NCBI GenBank assembly: GCA_951406725.2
Contig: OX597824.1
Span: 97,898,001 to 97,962,000, forward strand
Reading direction: 5' to 3'
Origin: Octopus vulgaris
Taxonomy: Eukaryota
DNA length: 64,000 nucleotides
The first letter of the stretch is position 1, and each line of letters opens with the position of its first letter. The translations under genes were made by a program, and so were the position numbers. Positions 15,197 to 29,394 of this stretch are shown here, one piece after another. The notes beneath the pieces are model-generated. The model was given only the letters and a program-made list of their open reading frames with translations, ran no database searches and was not told where the DNA came from.

Positions 15197-15531
15197 GAAG
15201 GCACGTGGCTCAATGGTTAGAGCGTCGAGCTTACGATCGTGAGGTTGTGAGCTCGAATCCCGGACCGGGCTGCGTGTTGTGTTCTTGAGCAAGACACTTT
15301 ATTTCACGTTGCTCCAGTTCACTCAGCTGTAGAAATGAGTTGCGACGTCACAGGTGCCAAGCTGTATCGGCCTTTGCCTTTCCCTTGGACAACATCGGTG
15401 ACGTGGAGAGGGGAGGCCGGTATGCATGGGCGACTGCTGGTCTTCCATGAAACAACCTTGCCCAGACTTGTGCCTCAGAGAGTAACTCTCTAGATGCAAA
15501 TCCATGGTCAGTGTCTGACCGAAGGGGGTCA
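15197..15531 (+). mobile_element. tRNA-derived SINE family B, full length
   Basis: tggctcaatggttagagcg (A box), ctcgaatccc (B box), central ttcttgagcaagacactt..cactcagctgtagaaatgagt, tail tgaccgaagggggtc; homologous to 1776-2119 and 42275-42487. Confidence 0.85.
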
Positions 15532-15549
15532 CCTCACTTCATATATATA

Positions 15550-15714
15550 CGACGGACTTTTTTCAGTTTCCGTCTACCAAGTCCACTACAAGGCTATAGT
15601 GTCGGCCAGACTCTATAGTAGAAGACACTTGCCCAAGGTGTCCCTCAGTGGGACTGAACCCGGAACCATTTGGCTGGGAAGCAAGCTACTTACCACACAG
15701 CCACTCCTGCGCCT
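15550..15714 (-). mobile_element. SINE family A head
   Basis: gggactgaacccggaaccat...ttaccacacagccactcctgcgcc. Confidence 0.8.
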
Positions 15715-15774
15715 ATATATATATACACACACACATACACACACAAATATACATACATATTTGCATATATATAG

Positions 15775-15994
15775 AAAAAATAAGTTCAAAAGAGAACAAT
15801 TCAAACATTTTTGGAGGATCCAAAAAGAGAGAAAAGAATAATTTCTAATAAAGATTTATTATATTCATAAAAAACAGCCAGAGCAAGTAATAAGAATATG
15901 AAATTAGTAGTTGAAAAATTTCGTTATAAGTATAAATATACCATAAACAAGTGTAGTTGTTTATGGTATATTTATACCTATAACGAAATTCTTC

Positions 15995-15999
<5 letters not shown>
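15775..15999. mobile_element. Short fold-back element between (TA)n tracts
   Basis: 43-bp arms 15908-15950 and 15957-15999 with loop gtgtag. Only a GAAA half-core is visible. Confidence 0.6.
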
Positions 16000-16040
<41 letters not shown>

Positions 16041-16043
<3 letters not shown>

Positions 16044-16262
16044 AGTAAAGATATGACAACAAAAGAATGAAAGAGACCTCAATATTATGTAAATAGGGGA
16101 ATTTATCTGTAGATGTAATATGTGACAATTATTCGGTAGCCAAGATAAAACTCCGAGTTTCGGATGTCGGGGTGGAAACCCGTACCGGCATCTCTTCAAT
16201 TATCTGAAACTCGGAGTTTTATCTTGGCTACCGAATAAGTGTCACATATTATATTTACAGAT
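16041..16262 (-). mobile_element. Fold-back element with hammerhead variant, in (TA)n
   Basis: Arms ~16105-16163 and ~16203-16262. Minus strand 16143-16205 reads AGATAA-TTGAAGA-GATGCCGG...CCGACATC-C-GAAAC-TCGGA-GTT-TTATCT (6-bp helix I, long helix II). Confidence 0.75.
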
Positions 16263-16302
16263 ATATATATATATATATAGATATATATATATATATATAT
16301 AT

Positions 16303-16642
16303 AAACAATTGCAGCGTGGAAGGTGTTTATAAGCCATTTAAGAAACACACAAAAGCCGTTCGATTCACTCCAACATTTAAGTTTAATTTGACAAAATATT
16401 TTCGTCGCTAAAATCCGCGACCTGTTCACTGACAAAGTCCGTGCTGCATCTCTGTCAGTGAACAGGTCGCGGATTTTAGCGACGAAAATATTTTGACAAA
16501 TTAAACTTAAATGTTGGAGTGAATCGAACGGCTTTTGTGTGTTTCTTAAATGGCTTACAAACACCTTCCACGCTGCAATTGTTTTCGTTTCAGCACACGA
16601 TCTCAGATCAAATTACTTGCTATGCGAGTACATCTCCGTAAC
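16303..16642 (+). mobile_element. Fold-back element with variant-core hammerhead, in (TA)n
   Basis: ~130-bp arms 16303-16434 and 16453-16584 with an 18-nt loop. 16453-16498 reads TGTCA-GTGAACAG-GTCGC ggatttta GCGAC-GAAA-ATATTT-TGACA; helix III palindrome AATATT. Confidence 0.75.
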
Positions 16643-18148
16643 ATATATATATATATATCTGTAAATATATATATATATACATATATACATATATGCATAT
16701 TAAGACAGATATATATTTACACAGTATACACGTATATATTTATATAGACGCATGCATACAGACACATACACATACATACGTGTGTGTGTGTGTGTGTGCT
16801 TGTCGTTGTTTACTATGGCTCAAAGACATCCACAAAGGGTTACAGTGAGTCTCCCTTAACTTCTCTTCAACAAGAAGTGAAGTTGATAATAAAGGACCAG
16901 AAACAGAATGGCGGATGAATAAATAAGACATCGCCACATCGATAAAATCGATAAAATCGATCGGATCGCTTTCGTCAGTCGTTGAACCTCGGACAAAAAT
17001 CATTTTAGACATAATCAATGAAGACTGCCATTTTTTTCCGTCATGCTTTGCACTTAGATGCTTGCAAATATATATATACATACATATGTATATATATTTG
17101 CAAGCATCTAAGTGTGTGTGTGTGTGTATACACATGTATATAATACATATATATATCCATATATCAATAATAAAGGGTGAAATCAATTAATTAATTTAGA
17201 AATAATCATTAATTTCACCAAGTAGAGTTCGGCATGTAAAAGACCCATTCAAGGAAGGTTTAAGTAAACCAAAGCACCTATAGGTGCTTTGGTTTTGCTG
17301 GGATCTCCCTTTTAAGTAGAAAGAATAGCCACAACTTTTTGACTGCTATTTCTAAATTCGGTGTGTGGTGAGGCAAATCGTTGCTGAACCCTCAATTAAT
17401 TAGTATATATCCATATATATATATATGTGTGTGTGTGTGTATGCATGCACATATGCATGTATGTGTGTATGTATGTATTTCAATCTCAATAAATGTTATT
17501 TCCAGATTGAATAGGGGTTTTCCATCGCCGCAGGATGAGCCAGCAGGGTGGCGGCCCCTGTGCTTCCACTCTTCTTCACTCCAGACTTTAACATAACAAA
17601 TACATAATTGATTGAGATGCTGACCTTCTGCTCCGCCTCTTCCACCTCGTCACACACAGCACACACATGACGTCATTTCCGCTCTTTGTCCCTTTATTAC
17701 TCTCATGTGTACATGTCTATATGCACGTATACATAATATATGTATATACATGCATATATAAATATATATGTGCGTGTGTGTGTGTGAGTGTATGTATGTA
17801 TAAGCGTATGTACGTGTGTGTACATATTTGTGTGCGTGTGTGTGTGTGTGTGTGTATAATATATGATTCTATGTACACTCTACGTATATATTCATACGTA
17901 TTTTAAATAAACATGTTTGCATGTATTTGTGTGTATGTATATATATATATATATATATTCACATACACATATATATATACACACACATATATATATATAA
18001 ACATATATAAGTATATATATATATTCATACGTCCACATATATACATATGTATTTTGAATAAACGTATATGCGTGTATATATCTATTAAACACGAGTGTAA
18101 TAAATATATATATACAACACATACATGTATGCATTCTTCTTCTTCTTC

Positions 18149-18265
<117 letters not shown>

Positions 18266-18292
18266 TCATCATTATCATCATATTCCCTTTCG

Positions 18293-19202
18293 AAAGCACC
18301 TGGACAATTGGTGGCCTTCGGTGAAGCTGTTTTGGGGCTGTCGATTAGTCTCCCTTTCAATAACTCTCCAGCCGTGTTAGTGCGTGGCATTTTAATCAGG
18401 CGAGTTTCGAGGCCACAGTTTTGGTGTTCTGTGATCGTAAGAATTGTCTGACACCCATTCTTGGGCTACGTGGGTTTTGTAAGAAAACGCTGAGCATTGC
18501 TGAAAGACCGTGTTGCCTTCCAATGTCTACTTCATCCTTTCAGGGCTTAGCAACTGTCTCCAGCACCTCAATATATCCAGCAGCATTAATTCTAAGACTC
18601 TGTGGAAAGCTGAGATAGCATGACATAATCTTCGTTACTCACCATTCCCAAGACCATCGCGCTGCCGGAAATGTAATGCAATTTCCTATGGGGACAGCAG
18701 AAGGATCTGAACATAACTATCAGTAATTTCTCCGGTTAGATTTTTGGTTCTGGTTCAAGCTTTTCTCATGAATAAACCAGAGTTTGTCGTGTTTGTGTTT
18801 TTAACTTTCAAACAGTTTCCGCCTCTTTCCAGACACGAATTGGCCACTTCTAGTTACGTAAGACGTGTATCGAATGTCTTCGTACACCATATATCTGATA
18901 ATCCCCTCCAACACCAAATACGTTTTTGGCGAAGAACCTCATTGATTTTCCGGAATCATTATCGATAATGTTTTGAACCCTTTCGATGATTCGCAGAGTC
19001 ATTATAATATCCGAACGTTTAGGAAGTCTTTTTCTCTCTTTGATATATTTAAAGCCTTTCCGCTAGAGGTCATCGGTTCCATCCGGGTTTTCTGTACAAA
19101 AGATCTTGTAACATTTAGAAAGTTGGTCATTTCTAAACTGCTGGGTTCCGTAAATATGGCAGCAATAAGGACTGCATTGCTTTCCATTTCTTGTGTTGGC
19201 AT
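18293..19202 (-). mobile_element. Tc1/mariner (maT-like) transposase remnant
   Basis: Minus strand: MPTQEM..LEMTNFLNVTRSFVQK, FPAAMVLG, LRINAAGYIEVLETVAKP, FQQCSA..QEWVSDN..PKLWPRNSPD. Confidence 0.7.
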
Positions 19203-19203
19203 T

Positions 19204-19317
<114 letters not shown>

Positions 19318-19692
19318 CATATTTTAAATTCGTTTATGGTAACGTTAGAGGTATGCAATTCGGATCAACTGGATGCCCACGATAATACGGATTTTACTAT
19401 ACTAATCCCATGGATGCCAACTCTGATGTCAAGATCATGTGATTTGTGGAAACGCGCGTAGCGATGTATTGAATATTTATAAATTCCATTCTAGAATTAC
19501 TGTTATTATATATACGTATGTGTGTGTATGTGTGAGTGTCTGTGTGTATGTGTGTGTTTGTATATTATATCATTCTATACTACTAGATGTTTCCGTCTAT
19601 TGATTGCTGTCATTCAATTGTGCGTCCCCCGTGTACAACTATATTCGATACACATACACACATACATGTATGCATTACATGTACACACACAT

Positions 19693-19747
<55 letters not shown>

Positions 19748-19749
<2 letters not shown>

Positions 19750-20165
19750 CGCAGGAGTGGCTGTGTGGTAAGTAGCTTGTTTACCAACTACATGGTTCCG
19801 GGTTCAGTCCCACTGCGTGGCACCTTGCGCAAGTGTCTTCTACTATAGCCTGGAGCCGACCAAAGCCTTGTGAGTGAATTTGGTAGACGGAAACTGAAGG
19901 AAGCCCGTCATATATATATGTATATGTATATATATGTATATGTATATATATGCGTGTGTGTATGTGTGTGTCTATGTCTGTGTTTGTCCCCCCACCATCG
20001 CTTGAGAACCGATGTTGGTGTGTTTACGTGCCCCTAACTTAGCGATTCGGCAATTGAGACCTATAGAATAAGTACTAGGCTTACAAAGTATACGTCCTGG
20101 GGTCGGTTTGTTCGACAAAAGGCGGTGCTCCAGCATGGCCGCAGTCAAATGACTGAAACGAATCT
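19748..20165 (+). mobile_element. tRNA-derived SINE family A, full length, with internal TA/TG microsatellite
   Basis: A-box-like tggctgtgtggtaag, B-box-like ggttcagtccc, central accttgggcaagtgtcttct-type motif, microsatellite, tail ending gtcaaatgactgaaac; many copies in the window. Confidence 0.85.
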
Positions 20166-20191
20166 AAGAAAAAATGTTATATATATATATA

Positions 20192-20562
20192 GGCGCAGGA
20201 GTGGCTGTGTGGCAAGTAGCTTGTTTACTAACCACATGGTTCTGGGTTCAGTCCCACTGCGTGGCACCTTGGGCAAGTGTCTTCTACTTGTGAGTGGATT
20301 TGGTAGACGGAAACTGAAAGAAGCCTGTCGTATATGTATATATATATACGTGTGTGTGTTTGTGTGTCTGTGTTTGTCCCCCTAGGATTGCTTGACAACC
20401 GATGCTGGTGTGTATATGTTCCCGTTACTTAGCGGTTCGGCAATAGATACCGATAGAATAAGTACTGGGCTTACAAAAAGAATAAGTCCCGGGGTCGAGT
20501 TGCTCGATTAAAGGCGGTGCTCCAGCATGGCCGCAGTCAAATGACTGAAACAAGTAAAAGAG
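20192..20562 (+). mobile_element. SINE family A, second tandem copy with small internal deletion
   Basis: Same head and tail as 19748-20165; ends caagtaaaagag. Confidence 0.85.
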
Positions 20563-21205
20563 TATATATAAAGAGAGAGAGAGGGGGCAGACAGAGAGAG
20601 AGAGAGAGAGACTTCCGCTGCTACTACGACTACGGGTGCTGCTGTTGCGGTGCAGTCGTTGCCGATCTTGGCTTACAAGGATGAAATAAATGCTGAAGGG
20701 AATATGATGAATGGAATGGGAGGGGGAGTGGAAATATTGGAGGGAGAAGAGAGGAAAACTAGGGGGTGTATGTGAGAGAGAGAGAGAGGAAAATGAGAGA
20801 GTGGGAGAGTTAGTGAAAGGGAGAGAGAGAGAAAGAGAATAACCGACTTTGGCATTTTATACCAAATACCTTTATTGTAATTGTGTACCCTCATGTTTTA
20901 ATAAGTGTGTGGACGTGTGTACGAAAGATATAGATAAATCCATCGGTAGGTATATAAAGATATATATATTATTACATGTGTGTGTGTATATATTTGTATG
21001 TATAAATATATATATATATATATATATCTGCATACGTTTACACGCACGTACTTTCATATTTAAAAGCTTTTGTCAAAAATACTTGATAAAGTCGCAATAT
21101 TTGAAGAATGATTTCCTTTAAAGTTATTAACAATTTTTTTTTTTTTTTAAAAGTCTTTGATAAAGAGAATGAGAGGAACTTTTGGGAATGAAATTTTCAT
21201 ATCAT

Positions 21206-21240
<35 letters not shown>

Positions 21241-21339
21241 TTTAATGTAACATAGAGAACTTGTGTTTATATATATATACCCTCATGCTTTTAAATAATT
21301 TAAATCTCTGACTCTCAGTGATTGTGCATGAATGTAGAT

Positions 21340-22666
21340 ATGTGTGTATGTACGTATGTATGTACGTACGTATGTATGTACGTATGTATGTGTATGTATG
21401 TATGTATGTATGTATGTATGTATGTGTGTATGTATGTATGTATGTATGTGTGTATGTATGTATTATGTATGCATGTGTGTGTATGTATGTATGTATGTAT
21501 GTATGTATGTATGTATGTATGTATGTATGTATGTATGTATTGTATGTATGTATGTATGTATGTATGTATTTATGTATGTATGTATGTATGTATGTATGTA
21601 TGTATGTATGTATGTATGTATGTATGTATGTATGTATGTATGTATGTATGTATGTATTGTATGTATGTATGTATGTATGTATTTATGTATGTATGTATGT
21701 ATGTATGTATGTATGTATGTATGTATGTATGTATGTATGTATGTATGTATGTATGTATGTATGTATGTATGTATGTATGTATGTATTGTATGTATGTATG
21801 TATGTATGTATGTATGTATGTATGTATGTATGTATGTATGTATGTATGTATGTATGTATGTATGTATGTATGTATTTATGTATGTATGTATGTATGTATG
21901 TATGTATGTATGTATGTATGTATGTATGTATGTATGTATGTATGTATGTATGTATGTATGTATGTATGTATTTATGTATGTATGTATGTATGTATGTATG
22001 TATGTATGTATGTATGTATGTATGTATGTATGTATGTATGTATGTATGTATGTATGTATGTATGTATGTATGTATGTATGTATGTATGTATGTATGTATT
22101 GTATGTATGTATGTATGTATGTATTTATGTATGTATGTATGTATGTATGTATGTATGTATGTATGTATGTATGTATGTATGTATGTATGTATGTATGTAT
22201 GTATGTATGTATGTATGTATGTATGTATGTATGTATGTATGTATGTATGTATGTATGTATGTATGTATGTATTGTATGTATGTATGTATGTATTTATGTA
22301 TGTATGTATGTATGTATGTATGTATGTATGTATGTATGTATGTATGTATGTATGTATGCATGTATGTATGTATGTATGTATGTATTTATGTATGTATGTA
22401 TGTATGTATGTATGTATGTATGTATGTATGTATGTATTTATGTATGTATGTATGTATGTATGTATGTATGTATGTATGTATTTATGTATGTATTTATGTA
22501 TGTATGTATGTATGTATGTATGTATTTATGTATGTATGTATGTATGTATGTATGTATGTATGTATGTATTTATGTATGTATGTATGTATGTATGTATGTA
22601 TGTATGTATGTATGTATGTATGTATGTATGTATGTATTTATGTATGTATTTATGTATGTATGTATG

Positions 22667-22700
<34 letters not shown>
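21340..22700. repeat. ~1.35-kb (TATG)n microsatellite with recurring TATTG and TATTT variants
   Basis: Direct inspection. Confidence 0.98.
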
Positions 22701-23871
22701 GATATGTATATATGTAAGTACGTATGTATGTATGTGTGTATGAATGTATGTATGTATGTATGTGTCTATGTACGTGTATATGTGTATGTTTATGTGTGTA
22801 TGCGCATGTGTGTTTACCTGTATATGTGTGTGTGGGGGGGGTATGCGTTGTGTTTGTTTTTAATATAAATCGATGCCAGCATAAAAATAGCGAAAGTGAT
22901 GCGACGGATGAACAAGGTCCACAACACAGCTCCGCCACACGCGGCACGACTCAAACCACCACCACCACCTCAACACGGGACCACCACCACCACAACACGG
23001 GACCACCATCATCACCACCAGCACGCCAGCGTATGACATCACCGCACTAAGACAATACCACCATCCGTATACATCACCGCCCCATCAGCAGTATATATAC
23101 ACCCCTACACCCATGCCTTACAAACACCGACCCACCCACCCTGTTCACCTCCTCGCAACGAACCCCTGACAAACGACAGGTGAGAAATCAGGTCTCACTT
23201 TTACAACCGCCACCCACCATTATGCTCACCCACCCGTATCATCTTACCAGCACCACCGCCATCGCTACCACCACCATCACCTCACCAACACTTCTCCCTT
23301 CTATTCGTGCTCTTACTCCTCCAGTCTTCCTCTTCTTAGATACAAAGAGACAAAGAGAAAAGGAAGAGAGAGAGAGGCGGAGTAAAAGGAGCAGGTGGAG
23401 GAGATTGGGGTGGGAATGGGCGAAGTTAAGCGAAATATATTACGGGTAGTTTTGGTGAACATTGATAGATTGACGGATGGATTTGTGGGTAGGGGATAGG
23501 CGAAGAGGTGGGTAGAAGAAAGGATAATCGATAGGTGAGTGGACGGGTGGAATGACGAGTGAATAAATGGGGGAGGGCAAAGGTAGATGGATGTTTAGAT
23601 GGTTGGATGGAGAGATGAATCGATAAGTGAGTGGATGAATGGACGGGTGGGTGGGTGTTTGGATATGTAGTTTCGATGGGTGGATTTGGAAAGACGAGTG
23701 TATATGGGTAGAAGGATGTGTAAAAAGATAAATATAGGGAAAGGTGGATTGATGGATGTATAGAAATGGGGGGGGGGTGAGTGGGTGAATGGAAGAATGG
23801 GTGGGTTGCTAGATGGGTGGATTGTTGCAAAGATGGGATGAGGGGTAGATGGATGAATGCAAGGGTTCGAG

Positions 23872-23957
<86 letters not shown>

Positions 23958-26056
23958 CTGATTGATTTATTGATTGATTGATGGGAGACGGGTAGCTGGC
24001 TGATTGGGTACCTGGCTGCTTGGACGGTTGGATGGATGGGTAAATCAGCCACTAATAAACAAAACAAAAAACCCATCTCTCAAACGATTGTATCTAAATG
24101 AGATAATGTATGATATGAATTAAGTGCTGTTTCATTTCTCGTTATCAGACGAGAAATAGACGGAGGTGAAGAGAGGAAAATAGATGGGTAGATGAGAGAG
24201 AAATGGTTGATCTAGTTCTGATGTTTATAGGGAAATTTAAATGAAAACATAGACGGATATGTGTGAAAAAAGGGATGAGATTAAGTGTTGCTATTATAAT
24301 GAAATTGTATCAGAGATATACAGGAAAGGCTTCAAGTGTTGAAGTTTTCGTTATTTTACAGAAATTGCGAAAAATTTATTTTCGGTGATAGATTTGTAGA
24401 TGCCATTTAAATGGTGAGTAATGTTTTGATAATCTGCAATAATAGCTTGAGATCTGTATCAATGGTAGCCGGGTAGATGTTAGAATTAATGAGGTACGTT
24501 GTGGCATGATAGCGTAATCGTGGGAGATATATGTGGGAAAATAGACGGGTAGATGTGAGATAAGGGTGGCTGTGAGAAATGTGTTGTGTCAGATGTAATG
24601 ACAAAAGTTGGGTAGCTGATTAAAATAAATGATATGAGGAGTTACATCTCGGGTATTAGAAAGGAAATTAGTTGATGAAATGAATCGAGAGAGTAAAAAA
24701 ATGTTGGCAGCTAAATATAGGAGCTGGTTAAACGGGTGGATACGATATATTTGGAAAATTGGTGAAGAGGTAATTGTAGAGACTTCTAAAGTCGTAAATA
24801 TGAATTAACAATGGGGGCGAGGGGTTTCTCTGTGACCAGTTGGGCAGTTGGTCAGTTGGTCAGTTGATCCGCTGCGGCCGTCGTCGATGTTGTTGTTGTT
24901 ACTGCATGGTGTTTATTGTTGTTGCTCGTGTTGTTGTTACTTTTAATTCCATATCGGTCAATACACAAATGATCAAAGACCTTTCAATCGAGACCATCCT
25001 ATATTTTTTTCTCAGACGCTGTATATAGAACCACATTACCGAATGTTTCCTTATTTTTCATGGCGTTGCTTCTAAATCTTCCTCAAATAACACCTTCATA
25101 AAAAAAAGGGCTTCAGGCGATGGCTACACTTGAGAACGAGGGAACGGCCATCATGCAAGCATGTATGTCATTGGTCAGAGATATATAGTTGGAGCGGGTC
25201 CTTGCAGCGGATAAGACCTAAATAAGCTGTAGGTATCCTTATTGATGCTCTAAAACAACAAAGCTTCTGCAGCACTACAATGAGGACCAGCGCCACGTTG
25301 CACCCTATTCTGTTCTTAAAGGGCGGAGATGAGAGAAAAGATCAACGCCACACTGGATGTAATCGAAGCAAAGGCAATGTCGAGATTCCTTCACGGTGCT
25401 AATGGCCGTAGAGTACAAGGGATGTGAAGGAAGCATTCTCATTTTTAGTGAAATAGTGATAACAATGTAATACCCGTACCCCATGCCATGGTCTGACCTT
25501 AGAAAAATATATGATTGTTGAGTTAATGGTACTTCGAGAAGGTTATGTAAGTGGGTATTTAAAAGGGAGAGTATAGAGTATGAAGGTTCTAGCGAATCAG
25601 GGAGACTTAAGTTTGGCAATGTACGGTGCCTCCGATGGAATATCGTGTATTTATAACTCGATCCATTGCTTCCTGTTCAGATGGTATGAGTTTTAGGGAG
25701 GGCAGCAGGAAATTGATTGGTGAATAAGACAATAAAACCGAAAATACTTTATCGTGAATTTAACTGATGCTGGTAAAAGAAAAGTTGAATGTTCGGCGAT
25801 TAGTAAAACGAAATAGGTTGATGTATAAATGGATTGGAATCAGGTGCATGCTGTTGGGTGTAGTGACGCTAAGGAAACAGAGGGAAGAAACGTGTTACGG
25901 TGAGGGCTACGAGAACCTGAATATTCCTTGGTACCATAAATGCTGCTTTAGCACGAGTAGAAGGAGCGAAACTGTTGAAGAGTGTCGAACTTGATGTAGT
26001 CACATCTCGATGTCTGATGAAAGACGTGGAATGCAGTGCAACCTCCATGTAACATA

Positions 26057-26110
<54 letters not shown>

Positions 26111-26456
26111 TGTGTGTGTTTGTGAGTGTCAGTCTATGTAAATGTGTTGTGGAATTGGAATGGTAAAAGCGGTGGATACAGAAAACCGGTTAAGTTAAAT
26201 GGAAAGAGACTGGATTTGTGGTAAGATTCTTTGATCGGTGTCTTTGTACGTTTCGAGGCAGGAATGACTTTTGTACCGTGGCACTGGAATAAGCAGGAAT
26301 TCGGACTGAGCAACAGCTTTGAGGACTTTTCGCTTTTGAAGACAAAAGATTTCACATTAATGTCCTCATACGCTTTGAAATCCGCTAGGTGTCACTGTGT
26401 TCGAATTCCTGGATTCCATAGTGTTATGGTATATAAGTAATTGCACCAACTAAACA

Positions 26457-26523
<67 letters not shown>

Positions 26524-27046
26524 ACACATACACATATGTGCATGTGTGTCTGTGTGTCTTTGAGAATGGGTAGCAGGTGTACATTGTACCAGGAATTTCT
26601 AGAGATCTCAAAAATGTTTACATACTTCGAAGACTAAAATTCTCAGAAGGGAAGGTCACCTAAAAGAAACTTTGTAACATCTGAGAAAATACTCTTTCAG
26701 TAGTATGTGGGTGTGTGTGTACATGTGTACATATGTATGTGTGTGTGTGCGTGTCTGTATGTAAGTTTATATGTGTATGTACATATGCATACACTCACTC
26801 ACATATGTGTGTGTGTATATATATACATACATACATACATACATACATACACACACACATCATGGTTTAGTGCATTTGTATACAACCCTGAAGTCTAAAA
26901 TTATTAGCAAATGTGTGTGCGCGCGCGCATGTATGTGTGTGTATTTGTGTGTGTATATGTGTGTGTGTGTGTGTGAAAGTATGTGTTTTTGAATACATAT
27001 ATATGTGAATGGATGTCTGCATGAATGTGGGTTGTCAACATGTGCC

Positions 27047-27082
<36 letters not shown>

Positions 27083-27194
27083 TCCTTGTGTAATTCTATC
27101 CCTGTTGTCTGCTAAAACAACACCCTGCTTGTTCACAGACAATAGAATCACCAGATTTCATTGTCTCTGCGAACGTCACACTTGTCTAACGTCT

Positions 27195-27400
27195 TACATA
27201 TATCCTTTTCTACTCTAGGCACAAAGCCCGAAATATTTGGAGAGGGTGGGGCCAGTCGATAAGATCGACCCCAGTGGGCAACTGGTACTTAATTTATCGA
27301 TTCCGAAATGATGGAAGGCAAATTCGACCGCGGCGGAATTTGAACTCATAACGTAAGTACAGACGAACTGCCACCAAGCATTTCCCCCAGTTGGCCGCCT
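27195..27400 (-). mobile_element. SINE family D (left member of a divergent pair)
   Basis: cgaccccagtgggcaactggtacttaatttatcga..ggcggaatttgaactc. Confidence 0.75.
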
Positions 27401-27446
27401 TCAACGTCTTATAAATATCATTAACATATTTCTGATGTTCCCGTGG

Positions 27447-27665
27447 CAAGATGGCAGAATCGTGACGACGACGACGACGAGCCAAATGCTTGACGCCATT
27501 CCGTCCGGCTTTACGTTCTAAGTTCAAAGTCCACCGAGGTCGACTTTGCTTTTCACCCCTTTTAGGGCCTATGATATGAATACAAGTTGAAGACTGGGGT
27601 CGACGTAATCGACTTGCCCGCCTCACCCAAAATTTCAGGCCTTGTGCCAATTGTAGCAAAGATAT
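27447..27665 (+). mobile_element. SINE family D (right member of a divergent pair)
   Basis: tggcagaatcg..ttacgttctaagttcaaagtccaccgaggtcgactttgc..ctggggtcgacgtaatcgac. Confidence 0.75.
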
Positions 27666-27819
27666 CACTAACGGATGCCAAACGTTTCTCCAGCTGTTTA
27701 CTTACTTCTCCATCTTTCTATAAATCGATAGTCAGACAGACAGACAGACAAACAAACAGACAGACAGGCAGAATGATAGATAGATAGACAAACAGATAGA
27801 TAGATAGATAGATAGATAT

Positions 27820-27883
<64 letters not shown>

Positions 27884-27958
27884 ATAAATAGATAGATAGG
27901 TAGGTAGATAGATAAATAGATAGATAGATCGATAGGGGGATGGATGGATGGATGGATG

Positions 27959-27997
<39 letters not shown>

Positions 27998-28950
27998 TGA
28001 CACACACACACATAAATACTTAGAAACGCATCTCTCGTACAGACGTTGGGTATTGTAATTTCAAACACTTGTGGTCCTCAGATACCTTCAGATTTTACGG
28101 CAGACGAAATACAGCTACCTTCAGATTTTAAAGGTTGCCGTTACGGAGCTTTGTATTTGTTAACGATGGATTAAGTATTTCACCCTGCCCAGCTAAGCCC
28201 CGAGTCCCTCCCTGATATCCCATCTTATTCATAACAAACGTTATTGTCGAATTCATAAGGTGGAAGTAATTGAAACGGTTGGACCACTTCAGAGGAATGC
28301 CTCCATTAACACCGATGCGCTAGCAGAGTGCCAGCACTTGCTGACATTTGGCCATACGCAGGACTGTCTAAGAGATTTGATGACCCCAGGGTTACAGACA
28401 ACGCGCAAGGGGCTGAAGTCAGAGCAACCGTCCGAAGAAGGTGGGTGTGTAGACCACTGGGAGAGGGAGAGAGAGGGGAGAGGGAGAGAGGGGAGAGGGA
28501 GAGAAGGGAGAGCGAAAGTTTGAAGAGAACCGATTGACTTAAAGTAAGAGCATTCACACACATATACATACATATACACATACACATACATATATACACA
28601 TACATACACACACGATCGCTTGTATAAATTTCGCTGAAGGCAAACGAAAGCTTTGTATCGTGTGACGGAGTAAACAATACCGATTCTTAAATGAAGATTC
28701 CATTAAAAGCGCCAGACAGAGATGACAGAATCGGTTTTAATGTTGCTTCCTGTCCATGTTTGGCGTTTAATGGTGATTCCTCACACAAAGTTATGATAGA
28801 CATGCGTAGCCAACAGGTGTACAGCATAACAGAACAAGACGGGTGTGAGGGCGTGTGTGTATGTATATATCTATGTATCTATGTAGGTGTGTGTATGACT
28901 AAAGTCAGTAAATAATCTATCTAGCTATCTACACACACACACACACAAAC

Positions 28951-28984
<34 letters not shown>

Positions 28985-29119
28985 AGATAGAAAGACTGAC
29001 TGACAGATAAATAGACAAACAGATACATACATACATGAATACATACGTACATACGCGGACGAGTAGACAGACAGAAAACAAGCAGATAGATAGATAGACA
29101 TATAGACAGACAGGCAGGC

Positions 29120-29150
<31 letters not shown>

Positions 29151-29335
29151 TAGATAGATGGATGGATGGATGGATGGATGGATAGATAATATCATTAAGT
29201 AACGACCTTCCCTTCTCGCCCCTCCTCTGTTCCAATCCATTACTGGCAGACAAAGCCAGCAGCAATTTCATCACAGCCGATATTCTTGTGTTTATCTGTG
29301 TGTGTATATTGATATACATATCCTTTGCTCTTAAA

Positions 29336-29394
<59 letters not shown>

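Noticed and set aside
15197-15270. tRNA-like sequences (also 42914, 44520-44590, 14020-14075)
   Set aside because: No complete cloverleaf or acceptor stem; most continue into SINE bodies.
21318-22868. Long ORFs (516, 459 and 457 aa) and the many [16 protein letters not shown] ORFs
   Set aside because: Translations of stop-free microsatellites with no domain content.
28150-28460. Possible Gypsy integrase remnant (PGV..LRQSCVWPNV on the minus strand)
   Set aside because: Too short and degenerate; no LTRs or other pol motifs.
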